64,000 nucleotides of DNA from Myxococcales bacterium (GTDB lineage Bacteria; Myxococcota_A; Polyangia; Polyangiales; Polyangiaceae): NCBI GenBank assembly GCA_043747615.1, contig JAYTOU010000042.1, positions 59,144 to 123,143 of the forward strand, read 5' to 3'. A program made the translations under genes and the position numbers. The first letter of the stretch is position 1. Every line of letters begins with the position of its first letter. Positions 30,448 through 40,302 of the stretch are shown here, one piece after another. The notes under the pieces were generated by a model that had not been told where the DNA came from, did no database searches, and saw nothing but the letters and a program-made list of their open reading frames with translations.

Positions 30448-32022
30448 TCACACCGCCACTTTTTCCGGGCGGCGGCGCCTAAATGCGCCCACAAAAATCG
30501 CCAACGTACCGAGGTACCAAGGTGAGTCACCGATGAGCTCGTAGGGGGTCGTGCTGTGCATCCAGTGCACCATCGCATCCAGCCGTTCGGTCTTGAACGT
30601 TCCGGTCTTGGCGATTACCCGGCCCACCGGATCGACCACCGCGCTGACCCCGCTGTTCGTGCTTCGTACGAGGTACCGACGATGCTCGATCGCGCGAAAC
30701 TCGGCGAGCGCAAGGTGCTCCCAGGGCTCACTCGAATCTCCGAACCAAGCGTCGTTCGTCATGTTCACGAGGAGCTCCGGGTCGGCGTGGCGCACCGCCT
30801 GATTCGTGAACGAGGGGAGGATGTCCTCGTAGCAAATGAGAGCCGTGACCTTGTGCTCTTTCCCGTCGGCAGTAGTCACGAGCAGAGGATCGAGCACCGT
30901 TCCAGCGCTGAATTTGCCGCTGTTCGGTGACCACTCGTAGAGGATGGGGAAGGTGTCTCCGAAGGGGAGGTACTCCCCGAACGCGAGCAAGAATTCCTTG
31001 TCGTACCGGCCGGTGATCTTTCCTTTGACGTCGGTCGAGAGGGCCACGTTGAACCACCGCTCGCGATCGCCAGGCGTGTCGCGCCACAAGACTGCGCCGA
31101 AGATCGTCGGGACTCCGAGGCGTGAGGCCACGGTGTCGCGCATGAACGGCTCGGCCATTTTCTCGTTCACCGAGAACATCACCGACGACTCGCTCCACAC
31201 GACGAGCTCGGCGCCGAGGTCCTTGAGCTCCTTGGTCATCCGCTGGTGGCGACGGAGCCCTTCGGCGTGGTTCGAGCGCTTCTCCATCAGCCCCATGTTT
31301 CCTTGGACGATGCCCACCTTGAGCGGCTCGGAGGCGAGAGCGTGCGCGTCGACCATCGGGATCCGCACCGCGCCGTAAAGAAGCGCGAAGGCGAGCCCCC
31401 CCATGCCTGCGATCACGATGCGCCGGTCCGGCGCGCGCTTTTCGATCCGAGCAAGGAGCGGCTCGGCGATCGCGAGGTTCACGCCGATGAGGATCACACC
31501 CACGAAGGTGGGCCCGGCGATCTCCGCGGTCTGCGTGAGGATCGGCAGGGTGTGAACGGTGGTCGCGTAATACCAGGGAAAAAGCAGGGGAAAGACGAAC
31601 TCGCTCGCCGCAAAGGCCAGGGCGAAAACGGGGGCCGCCGGCCATCCCCGCGCTGACGCTCGCGCATGCAGCCAGCCCATGAGGCCTAGTCGCCCGCCCT
31701 GGTAGGAGCAGATGATCGCTACGAGGAGAAGACAGATCGCCGTTGGAAATCCGCTGAACGTCTTGAGCATCGTCACGAGCCAATAGAAGCCCGCGAGGTT
31801 CATCGTCATGCCGGTGAGGACGCCGATCCACAGCGCGCGCTTCGGCGCTTGCCCCTGGAGCGCGACGTACATCGGAACGAAGCACACGAACGTCAGCAGC
31901 GAAAGCGGCCACGCCTCGACTTTTCCGGCGAAGGCCAGCCAGTACAGGAGCCCGCTCACGACAGCCGCGGCGGCTGCTTGTTTTTTGTCGAGCGGAATCA
32001 GTTGGCCTCGCTGGGGGCTCAC
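30448..32022 (-). CDS. lnt: apolipoprotein N-acyltransferase
   Basis: N-terminal TM domain, VQGN, WSES, YDK..LLAFGEYLP, ICYED, TNDAWF and RSTNSGVS. Confidence 0.93.
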   Translation of the reverse strand: MSPQRGQLIPLDKKQAAAAAVVSGLLYWLAFAGKVEAWPLSLLTFVCFVPMYVALQGQAPKRALWIGVLTGMTMNLAGFYWLVTMLKTFSGFPTAICLLLVAIICSYQGGRLGLMGWLHARASARGWPAAPVFALAFAASEFVFPLLFPWYYATTVHTLPILTQTAEIAGPTFVGVILIGVNLAIAEPLLARIEKRAPDRRIVIAGMGGLAFALLYGAVRIPMVDAHALASEPLKVGIVQGNMGLMEKRSNHAEGLRRHQRMTKELKDLGAELVVWSESSVMFSVNEKMAEPFMRDTVASRLGVPTIFGAVLWRDTPGDRERWFNVALSTDVKGKITGRYDKEFLLAFGEYLPFGDTFPILYEWSPNSGKFSAGTVLDPLLVTTADGKEHKVTALICYEDILPSFTNQAVRHADPELLVNMTNDAWFGDSSEPWEHLALAEFRAIEHRRYLVRSTNSGVSAVVDPVGRVIAKTGTFKTERLDAMVHWMHSTTPYELIGDSPWYLGTLAIFVGAFRRRRPEKVAV

Positions 32023-32390
32023 TTGAGGATCTTGACGACCTTGTCGAGCACGTCTCTGAGACTAAAAGGCTTGGAAATGTAGTGACGTGCGCCGGCGTTG
32101 ATTCCTTCCACGACGTCTTTCGCCGAGGTGCGGGCGGTGAGAAAGATGATGGGAATGGCCTTTAGTCTCGGGTCGGTCTTGAGGTGACGCGAGAGCGCGT
32201 AGCCGTTCATTTTCGGCATCATGACGTCGGTGATGATGAGGTCAGGAACAAGCTCGCCCCTCAGGAGGGTGATTGCCTCGGCGCCGTCGCACGCCTCCGA
32301 CATCGTGAATTGCACGCCGAGCGCGCGAACGAGCATCTGACGCACCGAGGGATCGTCCTCGACGACGAGCACCCGTTTTCGCACGTCCAT
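32019..32390 (-). CDS. single-domain response regulator
   Basis: VLVVEDD, DLIITDVMMP, FLTA and YISKPF. Confidence 0.9.
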   Translation of the reverse strand: MDVRKRVLVVEDDPSVRQMLVRALGVQFTMSEACDGAEAITLLRGELVPDLIITDVMMPKMNGYALSRHLKTDPRLKAIPIIFLTARTSAKDVVEGINAGARHYISKPFSLRDVLDKVVKILK

Positions 32391-32393
32391 CGG

Positions 32394-32978
32394 TCAGTGT
32401 GCGCCCGGAGCGCCTCCGGCGGGCGCCGCCGTCACACCGAGGAGCTCGATTTCGAAGGTGAGCGTGGAGTTCGGCGGAATGACGGGCGGGCGGCCGCTGG
32501 GGCCGTAGGCGAGGGACGGCGGGATCACGAGCTTGCGCTTGCCGCCGATCTTCATCCCCACGACACCTTGGTCCCAGCCCTTGATCACGCCGCCTTGACC
32601 TAGCGTGAAATCGAAGGGCTTTCCCCGCTTCTTCGAGCCGTCGAACTCTTTGCCGTCGGCAAAGGTGCCGAGGTAGTGGACGCTGACGGTGTCGCCCGTC
32701 TTGGCGACGGTGCCCGTTCCCACGACGAGATCTTTCGAAACCAGCTTGCCCTCGGGGCCGGCCGGAGGCGGCGGTTCGGGGGGAGGCGGCGCGGCCTGGG
32801 GCCGGACCATCGACGTGACGGGCGCGGCGCTCGCAACCGTCGTGGGGGTCTCGGCCGAAATGGGCTCGACCGTCGGCGGCGCAGTGAGGTTGGAGCAACC
32901 GAGGAACGCGAGGCACGTGGCGAGGAGGACGGTCACGTGACCTGGAACACTGTGGGGGCAATTAGCAAAGCGGTTCAT
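32394..32978 (-). CDS. FKBP-type peptidyl-prolyl isomerase (probable lipoprotein)
   Basis: VHYLG, FDGS, VIKGWDQGV, AYG and IPPNSTLTFEIEL. Lipobox-like FLGC. Start uncertain. Confidence 0.9.
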   Translation of the reverse strand: MNRFANCPHSVPGHVTVLLATCLAFLGCSNLTAPPTVEPISAETPTTVASAAPVTSMVRPQAAPPPPEPPPPAGPEGKLVSKDLVVGTGTVAKTGDTVSVHYLGTFADGKEFDGSKKRGKPFDFTLGQGGVIKGWDQGVVGMKIGGKRKLVIPPSLAYGPSGRPPVIPPNSTLTFEIELLGVTAAPAGGAPGAH

Positions 32979-33024
32979 GGGGCGGCAAGAACGTAGTAGG
33001 GCTACACTTTAAGTAAAGGATCCC

Positions 33025-34239
33025 ATGTCGCGCGTCCTCCACATCGAAGACGATCCGCGCAACCGGCTCCTCGTCCGAAAGCTTCTCTCCGCCGACGGCC
33101 ACGAGGTGATCGACGCGGTGGACGGTCTCGAAGGGGTGAAGCTCGCCCTAGCTCAGCGTCCGGATCTCATCCTCGTCGACCTCAACATTCCGGGCCTCGA
33201 CGGCTACGAGGTGACGCTGCGCCTCCGTGGCGAGCCCTCCATGGCCGGTGTCCCGATCGTGGCGATCACCGCGGAAGGAGAGCGCGACACGAGCTTCGCC
33301 GTCGGGTGCGACGGGTTCGTTCAGAAGCCCATCGACGCCCGTAATTTTGCCCGCCAGGTGCGCCAGTACCTCGGTGGTCACCGCGAGGCGTTCGCCTCTT
33401 CGGCCGACGCAACCGGCGAGCGGCTTCGCATCCAGAGCGGGCGCATCGTCGGTCACCTCGAGGGAAAGCTCGCCGAGCTCGTCGCCGCGAACGACCGCCT
33501 TCGGGACATGGATCGTCTGCGCACGGAGTTTTACCGCAACGTATCTCACGAGCTGGCGACGCCGCTCACTCCGATCGTCGGCTACCTGCGGATGCTCATC
33601 GACGAGGAGCTCGGCGACATCACGAACCCTCAGAAAAAAGCGCTCCAGGCCATGGACGACTGCGTCCGGCGGCTGCGCGGAATTCTCGACAACCTCGTCG
33701 ACGTGATCGGCCTCGAGACCGGGAAAATGCGCTTCGCGCACCGGACGTACGATTTCTTGGACACCGTGCGCCGGGCGATGGCTTCTCACGCCGATCGCTT
33801 TGCCGAGCGACACCAGACGCTCCTCGAGCAGCTGCCGCGGGGACCTTTACCGGCGTACGGAGACTCGGAGCGGCTCGGCCGGGCGATTCAGCAGGTGCTC
33901 GACAACGCCGGAAAATTTACGCCCGAAGGGGGCGTGGTGGGGATCGGCATCTGGGAGCTCGAACTCACGTACGAGCTTGTCGTCGCCGACACGGGACCGG
34001 GCATTCCTCCCGAGCGCGCGGAGAAGATTTTCGAGCCATTTTTTCAGGTTGATGGCTCGACCACGCGCCTCGCTGGGGGCGTCGGAGTGGGCTTAGCGAT
34101 CGTTCGCCGCGTGGCCCGCGGTCTCGGCGGAGACGTGCGCGTCGAGCAGGGCGCGACCATCGACGGGACGTTTCTCCCTGGGGCGGCGTTCGCGCTCTCC
34201 GTAGCCAAGCGCGCGCCGTCGGTCATCATCGATGGCTGA
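33025..34239 (+). CDS. soluble hybrid histidine kinase (REC-HisKA-HATPase)
   Basis: N-terminal receiver domain, SHELATPL H-box, DNAGKFT, DTGPGI and GVGVGL. Confidence 0.92.
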   Translation: MSRVLHIEDDPRNRLLVRKLLSADGHEVIDAVDGLEGVKLALAQRPDLILVDLNIPGLDGYEVTLRLRGEPSMAGVPIVAITAEGERDTSFAVGCDGFVQKPIDARNFARQVRQYLGGHREAFASSADATGERLRIQSGRIVGHLEGKLAELVAANDRLRDMDRLRTEFYRNVSHELATPLTPIVGYLRMLIDEELGDITNPQKKALQAMDDCVRRLRGILDNLVDVIGLETGKMRFAHRTYDFLDTVRRAMASHADRFAERHQTLLEQLPRGPLPAYGDSERLGRAIQQVLDNAGKFTPEGGVVGIGIWELELTYELVVADTGPGIPPERAEKIFEPFFQVDGSTTRLAGGVGVGLAIVRRVARGLGGDVRVEQGATIDGTFLPGAAFALSVAKRAPSVIIDG

Positions 34240-35410
34240 AACCTTCGACGTCGAGGCGAACGTCGACAAGCCGAGCCTCGAAAACAGCGAAAAACTGCGA
34301 GCAAGGGTCTACTTCGATTGGAATGCCACGGCACCGCCCCTCGCTCGGGCGCTCGATGCGATGCACGAGGCGTCGCTCAAGGCGTGGGCCAACCCTTCCA
34401 GCGTTCACGGAGACGGACGGCGCGCGCGGGGCTGCGTCGAAGATGCGCGGGCGAGCGTGGGAGAGCTCGCGGCGATGGATCCGCGCGACGTAATCCTCAC
34501 CTCAGGCGGCACCGAGGCGAACAACCTGGCGCTCCGATCGGCGTTCCTCTCGCCGGGCGGGGTCCTGATCACCAGCAGGCTCGAGCACCCCTCCATCACC
34601 CGGGTCGCCGAGGCGCTCGCGCGCGAAGGTCGGGCGACCGTTCACTGGCTGCGTGTCGCGCCAGGCGGGGCGATCGACCTCGAGGATCTCGACCGTGCCC
34701 TCGAGGCTCCCCACGTGCGCCTCGTCGCGGTGCAGGCCGTAAACCACGAAACAGGCGTCATTCAGCCGCTCCGCGCGGTCCTCGAACGAACGGGTCATCG
34801 GGTTCCGCTGCATGTCGATGCCGTCCAAGCCTTCGGCCGCGTCGCCGAGACTGGGCAGGGGGCCGCCACTCGCAGCATGGCCGCCCACAAGATTCGCGGA
34901 CCAAAAGGGATCGGCGCCCTCATCACCCGGACGGGCGTCCGTATCGAGCCTGTTCTCCTCGGCGGCGCGCAGGAGCGGGGGATCCGCCCCGGAACGATCG
35001 ACCCCGTCGCGGCAGCCGGTTTCGCCGTTGCTGCCCACCACGCTGGCGATGGCGCGCTCCGCTATGCGTCCGTGGAGAAGCTCCGTGACCGACTCGAGGG
35101 CGCGCTCATCGAGCTTGCCCCCGGAGCTCAGGTGAACGGGGGAGGGGCCCGCGCGCCGCACGTAACGAACATCTCGTTCCCGCGCTGGCTCGGTCCGGAG
35201 CTCGTGGCCGCCCTCGACCTCGAAGGGATCTCGGTCTCGAGTGGGAGCGCGTGCAGCGCCGGGACGCATGAGCCATCACCGGTCATTGACGCCATGCTCG
35301 GACCCGATCGCGCCGCGTCGGCCGTCCGCATCTCCCTCGGGGAGTCGAGCACCACGGACGAAGTAGAATTGGCGATTTCAGCCTTTTTCAAGGTGCTTCG
35401 TCGGAGCTGA
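34232..35410 (+). CDS. cysteine desulfurase (IscS/NifS family)
   Basis: YFDWNAT, TSGGTEANN, HVDAVQ, AHKIRGPKG and SSGSAC. Confidence 0.9.
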   Translation: MAETFDVEANVDKPSLENSEKLRARVYFDWNATAPPLARALDAMHEASLKAWANPSSVHGDGRRARGCVEDARASVGELAAMDPRDVILTSGGTEANNLALRSAFLSPGGVLITSRLEHPSITRVAEALAREGRATVHWLRVAPGGAIDLEDLDRALEAPHVRLVAVQAVNHETGVIQPLRAVLERTGHRVPLHVDAVQAFGRVAETGQGAATRSMAAHKIRGPKGIGALITRTGVRIEPVLLGGAQERGIRPGTIDPVAAAGFAVAAHHAGDGALRYASVEKLRDRLEGALIELAPGAQVNGGGARAPHVTNISFPRWLGPELVAALDLEGISVSSGSACSAGTHEPSPVIDAMLGPDRAASAVRISLGESSTTDEVELAISAFFKVLRRS

Positions 35411-35666
35411 GAAGTCGCGTGAGATCGTAGGCGAAACTTCACAGTTCACAGTACGCAGCCCAGCGAAGCCGTGGGCATCGTTGCGAAATGCGTTGGGAGG
35501 TCTCGCGCGCGCCGCGTTCCATTGAATGGAAAACGCTCGTCGACTCGAGGCCGCACGTTCAGTGAATTCGGACGATCTCGAAACCCGATCCGGGATGGGA
35601 TCCAAGCGTCGGTAACTCAAGAAAAAAACGAGCGCAGAGCCGAAGCCACCGCGCGCGCGCATCGTT

Positions 35667-37364
35667 CTAGCGAGCCCAGGCGGCCTGCTGCGGGGCGGGC
35701 GTGGCAGGCCCCGACGTTTGAATCGGAATCCAGAACGCCTTCACCCGCCCATAGCTCCCCTGGCGCTGGTAGCCCGCGAGGCCGAAGAGAACGTTCCAGA
35801 AGTAACCCTGCGGATCCTCACCGTACGAGAACAGCGGAAGGACGTGAAATTGCCAGTCGCTGCCGCCCACGGCGCGCTTCTGCATGTAGAGCGTGTTGCC
35901 AGCGACCTGGATGATCGAGTCGTCCGCGTTGGTGGAGAAGCGCCAGAATACCGGGAAGCCGACGGTCGTTCGGCCATGGAGGCTCGTGAAATCCCAGAAG
36001 ACCGGGGCGAGAACGGTGTGCGACGCGCTGTCGTTGCGACCAAGGTAGACGAGCGGGTGGACGTCGGTTTCCCAGCCGTGATTGTCCTTCGAGACCACGA
36101 TGCTCGGGAACGTCCACCACGTGCGGGAGACTCCGTAGCTCTCGAATTTCCCGTAGAGCGGTGTCAAAAAGTCGTGCCCCTTGGGGCTGTCCGATTGGTA
36201 GTAAAACGGCGCGACGGCGAAGGCGTGAAGCCCGATGTCCCGGTCCGTGTAGTTGTAGAAGAGCGGCAGAAGCGGGCCGATGGCGGTGAAATGCGTCGAC
36301 TCGTTGCGGGTGTACGCGCTCGTGAAGAAGGGCGTGATCAGCGTGTCCGCGGTCCTCGTCACCCGGCGCAGGTAGCCAGGAACCACGAAGAGCGACGCGT
36401 CAGGGCTCTTCCCGTAGTGAAACAGAGGGAAAATCGTGGTGTGCTGCTCGCGCACGCCGCCCGTCTCGGGTTTGCCCTCGATGTGGAAGAAGATGGGAGC
36501 AACGTCGAAGATGCTGCGCTTGGGATCGCTCTTGAAGATGAGCGGGCCGACTACGGTGAGGTGGCTCTCCTCGAGCTCGCGGTAGCGATGGTAAAAAAGG
36601 AGCGGCGGGATGAGCGTGTACGCGCGCTCGTTGCCGTCCATGCTTCCGTTGTTGCCGTGGAAGAAGAACGGGACGACGCCCATGTCGACGTCGGTGCCCG
36701 TGCGGTCGCGGAAGAAGGGGCCGGAGACGGTGAACGCTGCTTCTTTGCTGTAATGCGTCGATGACAGCAGAAGCGGGACGTGAAGATACCCGGACTCCAA
36801 GCGCTTCCCCTCGAACACGAGCGGAGCCACCCAGTTGTCGTGCTCGTTCGGCGCTTCACGATGCGCGAGCGGGCCGAGGACTAGGACGTGGTTTTCGCGT
36901 TCGCGGATCTTCCAAGCGAGAGGAAAAAGCACGTCCGCGTCGAGTTTGTCCGAGCGGCGCTGGTAGAAGAGCAGCGCCCAGAGCGTCTCGGTGTCTTCGG
37001 AGACCTTGAGCGCCGGATGCGCCGGATCCGCCAGACCGCGCGAGTGCTCCAGGAAAAATGGCGGAAGAAAGCGAAAGCGGTAGTCGCCCTTGCGCTCTTC
37101 GTAGAGGGGAAAAAATTTTCGCTCGAGCGCGCCTTCGGGCGACGGCGGCTTGTGATCCGAGTCTGTTCCGATGCGCTCGCGGACCTCGGGGCTCATCTCG
37201 AGCGGGTTGGCTGGAGCCTGTGCGGCAGGCTCCGCGCGCTGGGTGACTTGGGTTGCCGGCCCTCCTTGAGAGCCCGCGGGGTCAGGGTCGTCGCCCTGGG
37301 CGCGCGCGAAGCTCCCGAGCGAGACGGACGCACAAAGCAGCGCTGCGACGAGCTTGGATTTCAT
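35667..37364 (-). CDS. secreted hypothetical protein built of about 25 hydrophobic-Pro-aromatic beta-hairpin-like repeats
   Basis: Signal peptide, then recurring motifs FFPLY, LFPLAW, VVPFFF, VAPIFF, IFPLFH, LAPVFW, GFPVFW. Start overlaps the hisS stop. Confidence 0.75.
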   Translation of the reverse strand: MKSKLVAALLCASVSLGSFARAQGDDPDPAGSQGGPATQVTQRAEPAAQAPANPLEMSPEVRERIGTDSDHKPPSPEGALERKFFPLYEERKGDYRFRFLPPFFLEHSRGLADPAHPALKVSEDTETLWALLFYQRRSDKLDADVLFPLAWKIRERENHVLVLGPLAHREAPNEHDNWVAPLVFEGKRLESGYLHVPLLLSSTHYSKEAAFTVSGPFFRDRTGTDVDMGVVPFFFHGNNGSMDGNERAYTLIPPLLFYHRYRELEESHLTVVGPLIFKSDPKRSIFDVAPIFFHIEGKPETGGVREQHTTIFPLFHYGKSPDASLFVVPGYLRRVTRTADTLITPFFTSAYTRNESTHFTAIGPLLPLFYNYTDRDIGLHAFAVAPFYYQSDSPKGHDFLTPLYGKFESYGVSRTWWTFPSIVVSKDNHGWETDVHPLVYLGRNDSASHTVLAPVFWDFTSLHGRTTVGFPVFWRFSTNADDSIIQVAGNTLYMQKRAVGGSDWQFHVLPLFSYGEDPQGYFWNVLFGLAGYQRQGSYGRVKAFWIPIQTSGPATPAPQQAAWAR

Positions 37365-38620
37365 CGCGGCCTCCGATCAGCCAAGATTCGCACGACGTCT
37401 CCGCGTGGGTGCTCTTCCTGAGCGCGTGCGGCGAGATCCTTTACCTGAACGATCCCGGCGTTGACCTCGTTCTCGCCGAGGATGAGCGCGAAACGAGCCC
37501 CAAGAGCGGTCGCCCTTCGGAGCTGGCTCTTCAAGGAGGCGCCGCGCGCATCGACCTCGGTGGTCACGCCGGCCCGCCGGAGATCCTGAGCGAGCCGCAG
37601 CGCGTGCTCCACTTCGCCGGCTCCGAGCGGCGCGACGTACGCGAAGACTCCGGACGTCGGGGCGGGCAGCTCGCTGGCGATGAGCAGACGCTCGAGACCC
37701 GCCGCAAATCCGATAGCGGGGACCGCGGGACCGCCCAGTTCTTTCACCATGTTGTCGTACCGTCCGCCGCCGACGAGGGTGCTGCCCGCGCCGAGCTTTG
37801 CCGCCGCGCCTTTGATCTCGAAGAGCGTGCGCGTGTAATAGTCGAGGCCGCGCACGAGCTTCGGCGCGAGGGTGAAGGGCGTGCCGAGGGCGGTCAGATA
37901 GCGCTGAAGTGCCTCGAAATGAACGCGATCCGCGTCGTCGAGAAATTCCGTGATCGCCGGAGCGCCGGCAATCGCGTCTTCGTCGGCCTTCGACTTCGAG
38001 TCGAGAATGCGGAGCGGGTTCGTCACGAGACGGCGCTGCGACTCGGCGCTCAAGAGATCTTTTTTCGGCGTGAGGTAGGCGACGAGTGCCTCGCGGTAGC
38101 GGGCGCGCGTGTCGGGTCCGCCGATCGAGTTCACGAGCACTTCGAGATCCGGAATCCCGAGGGACTGAAGAAAGCCGACGAGCATGTCGATCATCTCGGC
38201 GTCACAGCCCGGACCCTGGTCGCCGAAGATCTCCGCGCCGACCTGATAAAATTGTCGGTAACGCCCGCGCTGCGGCCGCTCGGCGCGAAACATGGGCCCC
38301 GTGTAGTACCAGCGGCTCACCGGCTCGCGGGTGTGCACCCCGTGCTCGACGTACGCCCGCGCGGCCCCCGCCGTTCCTTCCGGACGAAGAGTCAGCGGCT
38401 CTTCGTGATGCAGGAACGAGTACATCTCTTTTTCGACGACATCCGTGACCTCGCCAATCGTTCGCACGAAAAGCGCAGTCGGTTCGACGTACGGCGTCCG
38501 CACCTCGCGGAAGCCGGCGAGCTCGACAGCGGAGGCAAAGGCTCTCTCCACGTGCTGCCAACGAGCGATCTCGTCGGGCAAAACGTCGTTCATTCCCTTT
38601 ACCGCGCGGAGGGGCGTCAC
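37361..38620 (-). CDS. hisS: histidine--tRNA ligase
   Basis: LRPEGTA, FRAERPQRGRYRQF, RGLDYY, GGGRYD and GFAAGLER. Confidence 0.97.
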   Translation of the reverse strand: MTPLRAVKGMNDVLPDEIARWQHVERAFASAVELAGFREVRTPYVEPTALFVRTIGEVTDVVEKEMYSFLHHEEPLTLRPEGTAGAARAYVEHGVHTREPVSRWYYTGPMFRAERPQRGRYRQFYQVGAEIFGDQGPGCDAEMIDMLVGFLQSLGIPDLEVLVNSIGGPDTRARYREALVAYLTPKKDLLSAESQRRLVTNPLRILDSKSKADEDAIAGAPAITEFLDDADRVHFEALQRYLTALGTPFTLAPKLVRGLDYYTRTLFEIKGAAAKLGAGSTLVGGGRYDNMVKELGGPAVPAIGFAAGLERLLIASELPAPTSGVFAYVAPLGAGEVEHALRLAQDLRRAGVTTEVDARGASLKSQLRRATALGARFALILGENEVNAGIVQVKDLAARAQEEHPRGDVVRILADRRPR

Positions 38621-38657
38621 GTGAGCGCGACACTCTTATCATGTATGGTCACCCGCA

Positions 38658-39101
38658 GTGTCCAAACGACGTACCTGCGCACTCGATCTTGGCGGAAGGA
38701 GGGTTGGCGTGGCCATCGACGATGAGCTCGCCATGTACGCGCACCCCCGGGGCGTCCTCGAAGGCCGCGACAAACGCGCGCTCGTCGGTGCGCTGAAAAA
38801 GCTCGCGGTCACCGAAAATGTCGGGCGCTTCGTGGTCGGGCTGCCGCTCGACATGAAGGGGGGAGAGGGGGAGTCGGCCCGAAAAGCGCGTGAGGTAGCC
38901 CAGCAAATCGCGGATGCCACGGGCCTCGAGGTCGAGCTCTGGGACGAGCGGCTCACCACCGTCCAGGCGCGAAGAGCGCTGGCCTCGAGCGACGTCCACG
39001 GAAAAAAGGCCAAATCGCTGATCGACGAAGCGTCCGCGGTGACGATTCTCCAGGCCTGGCTGGACAGCGCGCGGAATCCGAGCCGGAGGCATCGGGAATG
39101 A
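38658..39101 (+). CDS. ruvX: YqgF/RuvX pre-16S rRNA nuclease
   Basis: ALDLGGRRVGVA, VVGLP, WDERLTT and IDEASAVTILQ. Lies upstream of mltG. Confidence 0.9.
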   Translation: MSKRRTCALDLGGRRVGVAIDDELAMYAHPRGVLEGRDKRALVGALKKLAVTENVGRFVVGLPLDMKGGEGESARKAREVAQQIADATGLEVELWDERLTTVQARRALASSDVHGKKAKSLIDEASAVTILQAWLDSARNPSRRHRE

Positions 39102-40264
39102 CGGTTCCACCCTCGAAGCGAAAGAAAGCGAAAAAAAAAGCTCCTGCGCTCGCGAAAGGCTCACGTTCCGACGCTCGCCGATTGCCACTGGGCTCGTGGA
39201 TTTTCGTGGTCCTCGCGGTCATCGCGGCAGGTCTCGCGGGCGCTCTCCTCCTCGTCTACCCCGCGAGCCACGGTCCAGGAGAAGGGCGCGAAGTGGAGCT
39301 CGCCCTCGACGGTGATGAATCACCCGATGCCCTCGCCGGCAAGCTCGCGGGGGCTGGAGTGATCAAAGACGCCCGCATCTTCGCGCTCTATGTTCGAGCG
39401 AGCGGCTCCGCCAATCGGGTGGCCAGGGGAGCCCATCTTCTGACCGATGATCTCTCCCCGCGAGAGCTCCTCACGCGCGTCGAAAAACGCGGCGCCGGGG
39501 CACGCGCGAAGGTCGTCATTCCTGAGGGCTGGACGCTCTACGACATCGGCAAACGCTTGGCGTCCGTCCACGTTTGCACGAAGCGCGCGTTCGTTGAAGC
39601 GGCCGCCGACACCGCGCTCCTCAGCGAGCTCCGGATTGCCGGGGAGAGCGCCGAGGGATTTCTCTTCCCAGCGACGTACGAGCTCCCGCAGGACAGCGAC
39701 GGCCACGACGTGGTCCGACGAATGAAGGCCGAGTTCGACAAGCGTTACGCCGTGCTCGACGAGCGGCACGCGTCGGGAGTGCTCGATCTCGCGGAGTCGC
39801 TCCACTGGGGAATGCGCGAAATCGTGATCCTCGCGTCGATGATCGAAAAAGAGGCAGTGGTCGACGACGAACGCCCCGTGATCGCCAGCGTCTTTCTGAA
39901 TCGCCTGCGCGATCCGAAGTTCGTCCCCCGGCTTCTGCAGTGCGATCCTACGGCGGCGTACGGCTGCTCCGTCGATCCCGCGCACATTCCGTCCTGCGCC
40001 AACTTTACCGGTAAAATCGGGCACGATCTCGTCGCCGACCCCGACAACCCATACAACACGTACAAGCACGAAGGTCTCCCGCCCGGGCCGATCTCGAACC
40101 CGGGCGCAAAATCGATCGAAGCCGTGATGGCGCCCGGCAATAGCCGCTACCTGTATTTCGTGGCCAAAGGCGGCGGACGGCACACCTTTTCGGAGACGTA
40201 CGGCGCGCACGCTGCGGCGGTCGATGCGCCCCGGGAGAAATCCGATGCGGGCGTGAAGCGGTGA
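39098..40264 (+). CDS. mltG: endolytic transglycosylase MltG
   Basis: TM anchor, IPEG, EGFLFPATY, ASMIEKE, LQCDPT, PYNTY..GLPPGPISNPG and YLYFV. Confidence 0.93.
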   Translation: MTVPPSKRKKAKKKAPALAKGSRSDARRLPLGSWIFVVLAVIAAGLAGALLLVYPASHGPGEGREVELALDGDESPDALAGKLAGAGVIKDARIFALYVRASGSANRVARGAHLLTDDLSPRELLTRVEKRGAGARAKVVIPEGWTLYDIGKRLASVHVCTKRAFVEAAADTALLSELRIAGESAEGFLFPATYELPQDSDGHDVVRRMKAEFDKRYAVLDERHASGVLDLAESLHWGMREIVILASMIEKEAVVDDERPVIASVFLNRLRDPKFVPRLLQCDPTAAYGCSVDPAHIPSCANFTGKIGHDLVADPDNPYNTYKHEGLPPGPISNPGAKSIEAVMAPGNSRYLYFVAKGGGRHTFSETYGAHAAAVDAPREKSDAGVKR

Positions 40265-40302
40265 TCGTAGGTCGCCCGAAGGTCGGCTAGGCTGACCGCG
40301 AA

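Noticed and set aside
37253..38725. 490-aa plus-strand ORF
   Set aside because: Antisense shadow of hisS.
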